Assembly (NCBI GenBank): GCA_040756235.1
Contig: JBFLZG010000067.1
Coordinates: 1-31,803, forward strand
Source: a bacterium
Lineage (GTDB): Bacteria; Desulfobacterota; DSWW01
Length of the DNA stretch: 31,803 nt
Direction: 5' to 3'
The position numbers were made by a program, and so were the translations under genes. Below are positions 8,590 through 17,552 of the stretch, one piece after another. Numbering within the stretch: the stretch's first letter is position 1; each line of letters starts with the position of its first letter. The notes under the pieces were generated by a model. That model ran no database searches, was not told the DNA's origin, and saw only the letters and a program-made list of their open reading frames with translations.

Positions 8590-11199
8590 ATGGACTCTTT
8601 TCCGGTCACCAGCGGTATCCCTTCTCTGGATGAGCTGCTGGGAGGGCTGCGGCTGGGCGACAATGTCGTCTGGCAGGTCGAGAAACTGGAGCCTTACGCG
8701 GTCTTCGCCGGGGCGCTGGCGGCCGGGGCCCTGGAGCGCGGCATCCGGGTTCTCTACTTCCGCTTCGCATCGCACCCTCCCGTGCTCCGGCCGCTGTCCG
8801 GCCTGCAGACGGTCTCCATTGCGCCGGAGCGCGGTTTCGACGCCTTCAGCCGCGGCGTCCACCGGGAGATCGAGAAGGCCGGAAAGGGTGCGTTCCACGT
8901 CTTCGACAACCTGTCCGCGCTGGTGGGGGACTGGGCCACGGACGCGCTCCTGGCCAACTTCTTTCAAGTCACCTGCCCCTACCTGCACGAGCTGGAAACG
9001 GTCGCCTACTTCGCCCTCACCCGCGGCCGGCACTCCTATGAGACCATCACCCGCATCCGCGGCACCACCCAGGTCCTGATCGACATCTACCCGGCCAAGG
9101 GCAAGGTCTACCTGCACGCGATCAAAGTCGACGAGCGCCACTCCCCGAAGATGTCCTTTCCGCACCGGTTCGAGGACGGGCGCCTGGTGCCGGTGTACCC
9201 GAGCGGCGAAGCCGCCGCCTCCGCCGCACGTGCGCGCGAGTCCAGGCTCGGGGAGCGCAGCGATTCCATGGCTCCCTGGGAGAGCATCTACCGCCGCCTG
9301 CTGCAGTCCTCGCCCGAGGAATGGAGCTCGCCGGAGCAGGCTGCAGAGCTTGTTTCCCTCAAGCAGGAATTCGCCCGGATGCTGCTCGGGCATCACCCGG
9401 ATTTCAACCGCCTGGCCGACACCTATCTCACCCTGGACGACCTGATCCGCATCCGGCGGCGCATCATCGGCTCCGGCCGGATCGGCGGCAAGGCGGCGGG
9501 GATGCTGGTGGGCCGGCGCATCCTGGTGGACGAACCGGGGTCCGTGGATTTTGCACAGGTCCTGGAAAAACACGACTCCTTCTATCTCGGATCGGACGTC
9601 TTCTTCACTTTCCTGGTGAGCAACGGTCTGTTCCGCCTCCGCCTCCGCCTCGCCCAGGCGGCCCATGTCTCCCAGGAGGAGTATCAGGAGGTGGAAGACC
9701 TCTTCCTGCAAGGGACCTTCCCGGATGAGATCCTGGAGCGGCTGGAGGAGATGCTGGATTATTTCGGCCGTGCCCCCATCATCATCCGCTCCAGCAGCCT
9801 GCTGGAGGACAGTTTCGGCAATTCCTTCGCCGGCAAGTACCGCAGCGAGTTCCTGGCCAACCAGGGCGGGCCCGACGCGCGCATGCAGGCCCTGCTGCGC
9901 GCGCTCAAGCTGGTGTATGCGAGCGCGCTCAATCCCGACGTCCTTTCGTACCGGCGGCAGCGCGGGCTGGGCGACTCGGACGAGCAGATGGCGATCCTCA
10001 TCCAGCGCGTCTCCGGGGCCGTGCACGGGCCGTATTTCTTCCCGCCCCTGGCGGGTACCGGCTTCTCCCACAACCTGTATCGCTGGACCGAGCGCATCGA
10101 TCCGGGCCAGGGGTTGATCCGGCTGGTCATGGGGCTGGGAACGCGGGCGGTGAATCGAATCGGCAACGATTACCCGCGGATGATCGCGCTGAGCCACCCG
10201 GAGCTGCGCCCCGAAGAGGGCGGCAGGGTCTTCCAATACTCCCAGAAGCGGATCGATGTCCTGGACCTGGGTGTGAACGACCTCGTGACCAGGAAGCTCC
10301 CCGAGGTGTTGACCGGGGATTACCCGGGCCTCCCCCTGTTTTTCTCCGAATGGCGGGACGGCCTGCTGCAGGAGCCCGTAGGCGACCGTTACGACCCGGC
10401 GCACGCGGTCCTCACCTGCAATCGCCTGCTGCGCGAGACCGATTTCGTGGGCGTCCTGAAGGAGATGCTGGCCAAGCTCGAAGCCGCCTACGGCTACCCG
10501 GTCGACACGGAGTTCACGGCGTTCGTGATGCCCGGGGGCAAGGTGAAGATCAATCTCCTGCAGTGCCGGCCGTTGCGGCTGCCGGGTTCGAGCGGAGCCA
10601 TTTCCATTCCATCCTTCGTGCCGCAGGAGCGCCTGCTGTTTCGCGCCTCGCGCACCATGTTCGGCGGGATCATCCGCGGGATCCGGCGCCTCGTCCTGGT
10701 CGACCCGCGGGCCTACGCCGAGCAGGCCTCGCCCGTGGTCAAGCGATCGCTGGGGCGGGTCATCGGCCGGCTCAACCGGCACGCGCGCATCGCCCGGGAG
10801 CGCTTCATTCTCATGGGGCCGGGCCGCTGGGGCAGCACCAATCCCGACCTCGGCGTCCATGTCTCGTATGCCGACATCAACCAGGCGTCCCTGCTGGTCG
10901 AGATCGCCGATGAATCCCTCGGTCACGTCCCGGAGGTTTCCTACGGGACCCATTTTTTCCTCGATCTGGTCGAGGCCGGCATCATCTACCTGCCGCTCTA
11001 CCCGCACGATCCGGCGGCTCAGTACAACCGGCGGCTGCTGCAGTCGGCCCCCAACCTGCTCGCCGAATTTCTGCCCGAGGCCGCGGAATTCGAGCGCTTT
11101 CTCACGGTGATCGACGCCAGCGGCTTGTCGCCCGGAAAAGGCTTCACGGTCATGGCCGATCCGCGCACCCAGCAGGCCGTGTGCTTCCTGGAAGAGTAG
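8590..11199 (+). CDS. PEP-synthase/PPDK N-terminal (ATP-grasp) domain protein with degenerate KaiC/RecA-like N-terminus; function unknown
   Basis: N-terminus SGIPSLDELLGG (KaiC/RadA-like) lacking Walker A. IGGKA, IRSSSLLEDS..NSFAGKY, GLG.RAV and P.DTEF...LLQCRP are PPDK_N motifs. C-terminal SYGTHFF. No PEP/pyruvate TIM barrel. Confidence 0.88.
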   Translation: MDSFPVTSGIPSLDELLGGLRLGDNVVWQVEKLEPYAVFAGALAAGALERGIRVLYFRFASHPPVLRPLSGLQTVSIAPERGFDAFSRGVHREIEKAGKGAFHVFDNLSALVGDWATDALLANFFQVTCPYLHELETVAYFALTRGRHSYETITRIRGTTQVLIDIYPAKGKVYLHAIKVDERHSPKMSFPHRFEDGRLVPVYPSGEAAASAARARESRLGERSDSMAPWESIYRRLLQSSPEEWSSPEQAAELVSLKQEFARMLLGHHPDFNRLADTYLTLDDLIRIRRRIIGSGRIGGKAAGMLVGRRILVDEPGSVDFAQVLEKHDSFYLGSDVFFTFLVSNGLFRLRLRLAQAAHVSQEEYQEVEDLFLQGTFPDEILERLEEMLDYFGRAPIIIRSSSLLEDSFGNSFAGKYRSEFLANQGGPDARMQALLRALKLVYASALNPDVLSYRRQRGLGDSDEQMAILIQRVSGAVHGPYFFPPLAGTGFSHNLYRWTERIDPGQGLIRLVMGLGTRAVNRIGNDYPRMIALSHPELRPEEGGRVFQYSQKRIDVLDLGVNDLVTRKLPEVLTGDYPGLPLFFSEWRDGLLQEPVGDRYDPAHAVLTCNRLLRETDFVGVLKEMLAKLEAAYGYPVDTEFTAFVMPGGKVKINLLQCRPLRLPGSSGAISIPSFVPQERLLFRASRTMFGGIIRGIRRLVLVDPRAYAEQASPVVKRSLGRVIGRLNRHARIARERFILMGPGRWGSTNPDLGVHVSYADINQASLLVEIADESLGHVPEVSYGTHFFLDLVEAGIIYLPLYPHDPAAQYNRRLLQSAPNLLAEFLPEAAEFERFLTVIDASGLSPGKGFTVMADPRTQQAVCFLEE

Positions 11200-11331
11200 G
11201 GCGGTGTTGCGCTGACGCTGCTGCGGCGGAAGGTGGCGGTTCTCATTTACCTGATCCGATCCCGTGTTGACGTGCTCACTTCGTATCTCTGTCCGCCCCC
11301 CTATGCCTATACAATGTAAGCCTGTTTTGGG

Positions 11332-11361
11332 TTGACACCCGATTACGTCACTCGCTATTCT
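11332..11361 (+). promoter_or_regulatory. Putative sigma-70 promoter
   Basis: TTGACA-N18-TATTCT in an AT-richer patch upstream of the small ORF at 11540. Confidence 0.5.
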
Positions 11362-11539
11362 CTTCCCGCCCGAAACGGCGCAAGAGCCCCTGGATCGAGC
11401 GCACGGGCACCGGCCGCATCGCACTGACGCTGGCGCGGGCGAGCGGGATGAGCCGGGAGCCGCAGCGCCCGGAGCAGATCGCGGCTCACCCGTATCGGCT
11501 CGGATCGGCCGATGCTCTTCTCGCAGCCGGAGGCGCCGC

Positions 11540-11734
11540 ATGAAGACCGGCTCGCCGGTGGATACTGCGCGCATCCAGTCCTACCAGATCCGGGAGTTCG
11601 TCGAAGCGCTCCAGGGCATCCGGGACGATCTCAAGAACGCATCCGGGGCCTGCGAGCAGGCGATGCGGATGGCGCTGGTCGGCGTGGTCAGCCCGGGGTG
11701 TTTGACTGCCCAGGGCCGGCTTTCCTATAGTTAG
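11540..11734 (+). CDS. Small hypothetical protein (64 aa) or 5' gene remnant
   Basis: GGAGG SD, ATG, host-like codon usage, amphipathic helical N-terminal half; upstream promoter candidate. Confidence 0.45.
   Translation: MKTGSPVDTARIQSYQIREFVEALQGIRDDLKNASGACEQAMRMALVGVVSPGCLTAQGRLSYS
11702..11731 (+). promoter_or_regulatory. Putative sigma-70 promoter of the MNT-HEPN operon
   Basis: TTGACT-N18-TATAGT; without the 190-bp insertion it would sit about 45 bp upstream of the MNT ATG. Confidence 0.55.
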
Positions 11735-11923
11735 AGCCTGTCCCAACAGGCTCGATTGAGAGGCTGTTCAAAAATGCCCAGATGCAAGGCGCGCGAAATC
11801 CCGAGGAATGAGGCGTACATGGCAGTACGCCGCAATGACCCCGGCCTTCGCCGGGGCAGGCTCCCCCGCCTCCATGCCGCGCCATGAGCGCAACGCCGCA
11901 GATGGGCGTTTTGGGACAGCCTC
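11734..11923. mobile_element. 190-bp non-autonomous MITE-like element
   Basis: Terminal inverted repeats GAGCCTGTCCCAA / TTGGGACAGCCTC (1 mismatch), flanked by a direct repeat TAGTTA (11728-11733, 11924-11929). Inverted homologue at 31616; partial ends at 21962 and 24340. No transposase ORF. Confidence 0.85.
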
Positions 11924-11970
11924 TAGTTAAATGGAGTTGGTGGGGGTTTCCACAGAAAGAGAGCCTGGGC

Positions 11971-12378
11971 ATGCCGGAGAACCGAGAAGCCATCCTGGAG
12001 AGCATCCGCAGGGTCCTGCTGCAAGAGACCTCCGTGGTGTTTGCATACCTCTTCGGCTCCTTCGTGAAGGAGCCGGCCTTCCGTGACCTGGATATCGGCG
12101 TGTACCTCCGGCCGGGCGCGGACCCGCTCTTCACCCTGAGCGACGTCCGGATGAAGCTGTCTCGCGCCACCGGAATGGCCGCGGACATCTTCGACCTGCA
12201 CCTGATCAACGAGGTGCTCGAGAAAGGGGATCTTCACGCACTGCTCGTGCTCGGGCGCATCATCGAAACCGGTATTTTGATGGTCGACAAGGATTTCGAT
12301 CTCAGGGCGGATTTCATCGACCGTTACAGCCTGAAGCACCGCGAGAACGAGGTCCTGTTTGACGAGGTCCTCCTTTGA
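11971..12378 (+). CDS. mntA: Minimal nucleotidyltransferase (MNT) antitoxin, MntA-like
   Basis: VVFAYLFGSF......RDLDIGVY pol-beta motif, plus DLHLIN. Start set at ATG 11971 because the longer ORF start lies inside the MITE. Confidence 0.85.
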   Translation: MPENREAILESIRRVLLQETSVVFAYLFGSFVKEPAFRDLDIGVYLRPGADPLFTLSDVRMKLSRATGMAADIFDLHLINEVLEKGDLHALLVLGRIIETGILMVDKDFDLRADFIDRYSLKHRENEVLFDEVLL

Positions 12379-12812
12379 AGATCGACAGGCTGCGCGTGTC
12401 CAGCTACCTGATGGAGATCGAATCCTGCCGTGCGGAGATCGAGCAGCTTCTGCAGCGCGGGACCCTGAAGCCCGACAGTCTCGAGCTCAAGGCGGCGAAG
12501 TATCTGCTCCTCGTCACGGCCGAAGCCATCTCCGGCCTCCTCCAACATCTGCTGGCAAGATGCAAAGGCGTCGCGGCCGGCGGCTACCTGGACACTTTGG
12601 CGAAGGCCCAGGAGCATGAGATCATCTCGGAGAGACTGGCCGCCAGGCTCAAACCGTTCCTCGAATTCCGTAACAGCCTCATCCACCGATACTGGAAAGT
12701 CGACGACGAGAAGCTGATCGAGAACATCCGGACCGGATGCAACGACTTCACGCGCTTCACAGAGGAAATCCAGAGCGCCCTCGCGCGGCTCGATGCGGCC
12801 GGGGGGAGTTGA
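12375..12812 (+). CDS. hepT: HEPN (DUF86) RNase toxin, HepT-like
   Basis: FRNSLIHRYW is the RX4HXY HEPN motif; TTGA overlap with the MNT gene; typical type VII TA pair. Confidence 0.88.
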   Translation: MKIDRLRVSSYLMEIESCRAEIEQLLQRGTLKPDSLELKAAKYLLLVTAEAISGLLQHLLARCKGVAAGGYLDTLAKAQEHEIISERLAARLKPFLEFRNSLIHRYWKVDDEKLIENIRTGCNDFTRFTEEIQSALARLDAAGGS

Positions 12813-12991
12813 GCGGCCGGAAAGACTCGGCCCGTCCTTGCCTCCTGGCCGGGCATGTCACGGCCGCCTGCCGAGCTTGTCAAGCAGGAGGTCCTCGCCT
12901 TGACGCGGGTGCAGCAACCTGAAGCAGCCCCCTGCCCCCCGGAATGCCCGCTCCAGGAGATCGGCAGTCTCGTGCTGTTCGCTCGGACCGA

Positions 12992-14584
12992 TCAGAGATA
13001 ATCCGCCATGATCGGCATGGTGTCCGGGCTCATGATGCCGTTGGGGTCCATCGCCTTTTTCAGCCGCTTGCAGATCTCGAAGTAGGTGCCCAGCCGGGGC
13101 ATCTGCAGGTCCAGGGTGCGGCATCCCGGCTTGACCCCGATGGTCCCGCTGTCGAGGCCCATGCGCTGCAGCTTCTCGTACACCACGGCGGCACGCTTGA
13201 CCTCGTCCGGGTTGCCCTGGTCGTAGTAGATGTCGAACTCGAGCATGACCACCCGGCCGTATGGATAGGGGCCTTGCAGGGCCGTGTCGGTGGTGGTGGC
13301 CAGAGAGGACCCGTAGTAGTCGGGCGAGATCCAGTAGCGGTTCATGAGGGCCCGGTACTTCTTCTCCATTTCGGCCATCTTCTCCAGCTTGACCATGTGG
13401 GTGGTCCACTGGAAGCTCCCCTTCCAGCGCGAGACCCTGCCCGGCAGGGTCAGGCAGCGCTTGAGCAGGAGCCTTTCGATCTGGTCCTCGGTCATGTTCA
13501 TGGTCTGCAGGAAGACCTCCATCTCGGACGCGGGCATCTCGACGAACCTGCCCGAGGCCTCGAGCTGCGCGTCGAAGTGCCGCTTCTTGATCTCGATCTC
13601 CTCCTCGTCGAGGCCGGTCAGGACGTAGAACAGGATCGTGGCCGGCAGGTTCTCGAGGATGGCATCCACCTCCTCCCGGGTGGCGGCCACCGCCTGGGCG
13701 AAGTGGCGGTTGCAGCTCTTGTAGAGGGCCTGGACGTAGTTGTCCCGCGTGACCCGGTAGAAGATTTCCGCGACGTCTTCCAGGCCTTCCTCCTTCGGGT
13801 CGACCGGCTGGAAGTAAAAGGTCCGGTCCCTGGGCCAGGGGTTCTCGGTGTAGAGCTGGAGGGTCATCTCGGTGCAGATCCCGAAGTTCCCTTCCGCGGA
13901 CTGGAACATCCCGCCCACCCCCGGTCCGGGGCCGAGCACGGGCACGTCGCCCACGCGCGGGACGGCCGAGGAGCCGGTCTTGAGGATCTCCCCTTCGGGC
14001 GTTACCAGAGTCATGCTCACGATGCTCTCGGCGTGGCTGCCCGACCTGAGGGCGATGAACGGGATGCCTCCCGACAGGACGTTGCTCATCATGCAGGCGC
14101 TCCCGTAGGTGATCGGGTTGGCCGGCCGCAGCGTGATGTCTCGGACGGCAAAGCGCTTGCTGCACTCTTCGTAGAAGACCGCGATCGGGACGTAAGGCTG
14201 GAAGGTGGCGGTCATCGACTCCTCGTCGATCCGCAGGATCCGGTTCAGGCGCTTGAGGTCCACCATGATCCCGCCCCGGCGGGGAATCGTCGAGCCCGCG
14301 TGGTTGAAGCCGCTCGTCATCACGTAGACCGGGACCCGGTACGCGTTGGCGATCCGGACGATGGCCTGCACTTCCTCGGTCGAGGCGGGCAGGGCCACGA
14401 GGTTGGGCCTGCGCTTGGGCGTGATCGTAAAATCGCGCGAATAGATCGAAAGGATCTCCGGGTCCGAGCTCGCGTGGCCTTCTCCGATGACCTCCTGGAC
14501 CTTCTTCAGGACCTCGGATGTCAGAGCGAGGCGCTCCTCGTACCGGGGGTTCTCGGTCGCCAGATTACCTGATGGATGAGGCAT
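12992..14584 (-). CDS. FAD-binding oxidoreductase (VAO/PCMH/GlcD superfamily)
   Basis: P..V.LP.STEEVQAIVRIAN, GGIMVDLKRLNRILRID, AEGNFGICTEMT, LKKAMDPNGIMSP; AAGGAG SD. Confidence 0.9.
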   Translation of the reverse strand: MPHPSGNLATENPRYEERLALTSEVLKKVQEVIGEGHASSDPEILSIYSRDFTITPKRRPNLVALPASTEEVQAIVRIANAYRVPVYVMTSGFNHAGSTIPRRGGIMVDLKRLNRILRIDEESMTATFQPYVPIAVFYEECSKRFAVRDITLRPANPITYGSACMMSNVLSGGIPFIALRSGSHAESIVSMTLVTPEGEILKTGSSAVPRVGDVPVLGPGPGVGGMFQSAEGNFGICTEMTLQLYTENPWPRDRTFYFQPVDPKEEGLEDVAEIFYRVTRDNYVQALYKSCNRHFAQAVAATREEVDAILENLPATILFYVLTGLDEEEIEIKKRHFDAQLEASGRFVEMPASEMEVFLQTMNMTEDQIERLLLKRCLTLPGRVSRWKGSFQWTTHMVKLEKMAEMEKKYRALMNRYWISPDYYGSSLATTTDTALQGPYPYGRVVMLEFDIYYDQGNPDEVKRAAVVYEKLQRMGLDSGTIGVKPGCRTLDLQMPRLGTYFEICKRLKKAMDPNGIMSPDTMPIMADYL

Positions 14585-14929
14585 GAAGGCTCTCCTTCCG
14601 TTTCAGCAATCATAAAGCAGGTCACATGTGTTCAGGCCTTTCGGCGGGACGGGTATTCCGGCTGGATTTGCCTGGGGCTCAGAACGCTCCGGCCTCTTCT
14701 CCTCCCATGGGTCGGAGACCAGCGCTCTTCGGGCGGGTCTCCATTTTCGTCCCTCGTCCCGGGCCGGGGTCATCGGGACGCACGGGCCTCGACGGCGCGG
14801 TATCAAAGAAAAAGCTCTCCGTTCCACCGGCCTTCGGGACTCGGGGCGGGCCTCCGCGATTCGCCCCGCAAATCGCCGGAACACCCGTCCCCCGCCGAAT
14901 GGCTGTCGTCCTGCTGCGGAACGCAACTT

Positions 14930-16156
14930 TCACCCCACCGCCTCGGCCAGCACCTTGAGGATGTCCACGACCTGAAGCCCGGAGGTGCCGCCCTTGGCCG
15001 CTTCGCCCAGGTTCTGCTCGCAAAAGGGACAGGCGGTCACGAGCGTGTCGGCGCCGGTCTCGCGCGCTTCCTCCAGCCTGAGCCCTGCGGCCCAGTTGGC
15101 CATCTCCTCCGGGAAGGCGGTCCTCACCCCGCCCCCGGCCGCACAGCACCAGGCCCAGTCCCGGATGCGCTCCATCTCGCGGAATTCGAGGCCCGGAATG
15201 CTCCTGAGGATGTTCCTGGGCGCGTCGTAGACGCCGCAATACCGGCCGAGGTGGCAGGGATCGTGGTACGTGACCTTTCTCCTCACCTCGCGCGTGGGTT
15301 TGAGCCGTCCCTGCTCGACCAGCCCGTTCGCGAATTCCACGATGTGGACCACCTGCGGCTCGAGGTCCTCCCCGTATTCCTTCTTGAGGGTGGAGTAGCA
15401 GCCCGCGCAGGCCGTGACGATGGTCCTGGCGCCGGTGGCATTCAGGGAAGCCGAGCTGCGGGCCCGGACCTTCTCGAAATTCTCGCGGTCCCCGACCCTG
15501 AGGATGGTCGATCCGCAGCAGATCTCGTTCTTCCCCAGGATGCCGAAGTCCACTCCGGCGGCCTGGAGCAGGCGCACCACCTCCCGGGCCACGGGCTGGA
15601 TCTCGGGGTCGTAGGAAGCGGTGCATCCCGGGTAGTAGAGGACTTCGACGCGCTCCTTGGCGGCATCCTTGACCTTCACCCCCTTTGCCTGCCTCGTCCA
15701 TTTCTCCCTGGCTGCTCGGGGCTGCAGCCACGGGTTGTCGTAGTTGAGAATGCTCTTGATGAGCGGCTCGTGCTGCGGAAGCGGCCCCCACCCCTCGCGC
15801 ACGGCGTGCTCCCGCAGCGCCACCGATGCATTGGTGGGCTCCAGGTCGGCGGCGAAGTTGCACGTCGCCTGACACGCCCCGCAAAGGGTGCAGGTGTAAA
15901 TGATGTGCTGCATGCGCTTGCTCAGCGCGAGCTCCGGGGAGTCGGTCGAGAGCGCGCGCACCATCTCCTGCTTGCCCGACCCGTAGTAAGCCTCGAACAG
16001 GAAGCGCGTGCCCGCCGGGCACTGGGCGGACCATTTGTGGCTCCTGACCCGCTCGGGGTTGACCATGCGGCAGAGACCGCAGCGCACGCATTTCCACGCC
16101 TGGTTCCGGTACTGGCTGAGCGGACCGATGTTCCGGTAGATTCCGTGGCTCGCCAT
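14930..16156 (-). CDS. Fe-S oxidoreductase with 2x[4Fe-4S] and two CCG domains (GlcF/HdrD-like)
   Basis: CVRCGLC...CP and CTLCGACQATC; CCG domains YPGC...EICCG...TACAGC and YHDPCHLGR...CCAAGGG...TACPFC. Confidence 0.92.
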   Translation of the reverse strand: MASHGIYRNIGPLSQYRNQAWKCVRCGLCRMVNPERVRSHKWSAQCPAGTRFLFEAYYGSGKQEMVRALSTDSPELALSKRMQHIIYTCTLCGACQATCNFAADLEPTNASVALREHAVREGWGPLPQHEPLIKSILNYDNPWLQPRAAREKWTRQAKGVKVKDAAKERVEVLYYPGCTASYDPEIQPVAREVVRLLQAAGVDFGILGKNEICCGSTILRVGDRENFEKVRARSSASLNATGARTIVTACAGCYSTLKKEYGEDLEPQVVHIVEFANGLVEQGRLKPTREVRRKVTYHDPCHLGRYCGVYDAPRNILRSIPGLEFREMERIRDWAWCCAAGGGVRTAFPEEMANWAAGLRLEEARETGADTLVTACPFCEQNLGEAAKGGTSGLQVVDILKVLAEAVG

Positions 16157-16159
16157 CCG

Positions 16160-17500
16160 TCACACCTCCTTTACCGGTCTGCCCGGGTTGAAGATCCGGC
16201 GCTCGTCCATCATCGTCTTGATGCGCTTGATGTGGCTCAGGTACGCCGGGATCATGCCGTAGACGTGCTCGGCGAGCCTCCCCTGGGGCCGGTCGAAGAA
16301 GGCGCCGGCAGAGGCGAGCTCGATCTCCATCTCCTCCACCAGCGAGCCGTCCACCGCCGAGGGCGGGAAGTCGTAGCGGCAGCACACGGCCCGGCCCAGG
16401 CCATGGGCGACAAAGGTCTTGCCGACCGACTCGAGCGGAACTTTTCCCCTCTGCGCGCGCGCAGTCAGAATCGACTCGAGCTCGGGGATCCTGCTGAAAA
16501 GGGTGTAATAGGAAGTGCAGCTCTCGTGCTCGAGATACCACGGCCGCTGCATGGCCGCCGCGATCCTGCCCTGAAGCTCTTCGCCCAGGGCCGACCCTCC
16601 CCGGGTCTCGACCGCTTCGCGTGCCTTCCTGCGTTGATAGTCGGCAAGCTCCTTGAACGCTTCGATCCCGACCACGAGCGTCCACGGCGGAACATCCTGT
16701 TGGGGGGCTTCGAGGCGGCCGGCGAGAGCCGCCGGGTTCACGACCAGGCACTCCGCCGTGATCTCGAGGCGCGGGAGCTCCCTGAGCAGCCCGAGCGCCT
16801 GTTCGAGGTCCCGGAACCCGAAGGCGTCCCAGAACCGGCCCTCGAACCGCGGATAGATCCAGATGCTGCCGCGCACCACGATGCCGAAGATGTCGTCCGC
16901 CCCGAGATACCATTTCGACAGGTTGGGCCCGCCGTCCTCCTTCCAGTCGGCCATCTCCTCCGAGATCGCGTGGGTCCCGGTGAGATGGATGCGGCCGTCC
17001 TGAAGCACGACCTGCATGTTGCTCACTTGGACCTCTGGGTACTTGGCCGCAGTCAGGTTCATGCCGCGCGCGACGGCGTGACAGACGACCGAACGGGTAC
17101 GGGCCGCGGCCGGGACAAGCGCAGTCAGCCCCTCGGGCCGCAGGGCCTCCTCGAGCTGCTCGAAGGTCACGCCCCGCTGGACGTGGGCGCACAGGTTCTT
17201 CGAGTCGATGCGCTCGATCCGGTCCATGCGGCGGAAGTCGAGAAGCACCCCTTGACGGGAGGCGACCTCCGGAGGGAAGCAGGCGTCATAGGTCGTGAAG
17301 ATCGGTACGGCCGAGGCGAAGCAGTGCTCCACGATCCTCTGCACCTCTGCGGCCGCCGCGGGACGGACCGCCGTCAGGCCGGTCGGCTCCACCGGCTCCC
17401 GGAAACAGGAGGCCAACGACGCGGGGTCTGCAGTGACGTTTTCTTCTCCGACGATTGCGGCCAGCCGGCCGCGGATGCCGGCAGGTGCGTTTCCAACCAT
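16160..17500 (-). CDS. FAD-binding oxidoreductase subunit (VAO/GlcD/GlcE superfamily), divergent
   Basis: GVLLDFRRMDRIERID...VQRGVTFEQL, GPNLSKWYLGADDIFGIV, IKTMMDERRIFNPG. 3 bp gap to the Fe-S gene, whose AGGAGG SD overlaps the end of this gene. Confidence 0.85.
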   Translation of the reverse strand: MVGNAPAGIRGRLAAIVGEENVTADPASLASCFREPVEPTGLTAVRPAAAAEVQRIVEHCFASAVPIFTTYDACFPPEVASRQGVLLDFRRMDRIERIDSKNLCAHVQRGVTFEQLEEALRPEGLTALVPAAARTRSVVCHAVARGMNLTAAKYPEVQVSNMQVVLQDGRIHLTGTHAISEEMADWKEDGGPNLSKWYLGADDIFGIVVRGSIWIYPRFEGRFWDAFGFRDLEQALGLLRELPRLEITAECLVVNPAALAGRLEAPQQDVPPWTLVVGIEAFKELADYQRRKAREAVETRGGSALGEELQGRIAAAMQRPWYLEHESCTSYYTLFSRIPELESILTARAQRGKVPLESVGKTFVAHGLGRAVCCRYDFPPSAVDGSLVEEMEIELASAGAFFDRPQGRLAEHVYGMIPAYLSHIKRIKTMMDERRIFNPGRPVKEV

Positions 17501-17552
17501 GGCGTCCCCCTTTTCCAGTCAGGCGTTAGGCGCGCGCCGGTCCGTGAGCGCA

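Noticed and set aside
8590..11199. Annotation as a true PEP synthase/PPDK or as a KaiC clock protein
   Set aside because: No pyruvate-binding barrel; the KaiC-like part is single and lacks Walker A; no kaiB nearby.
11360..11540. Known riboswitch (c-di-GMP, glutamine, cobalamin)
   Set aside because: Hairpins are present, but I cannot match the conserved core of any class by eye; an Rfam search would be needed.
11884..11970. N-terminal extension of the MNT ORF; also short ORFs 11688..12209, 21968..22438, 24346..24705 and 31566..31799
   Set aside because: These start in or translate repeat elements (recurring SATPQMGVLGQ and KxAHLLR peptides) and are artefacts.
14585..14929. Hidden gene or internal sigma-54 promoter in the 345-bp gap
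   Set aside because: The ORFs are low-complexity without SD and there is no correctly spaced -24/-12 motif. A lone TATGAT -10-like hexamer on the minus strand lacks a convincing -35.
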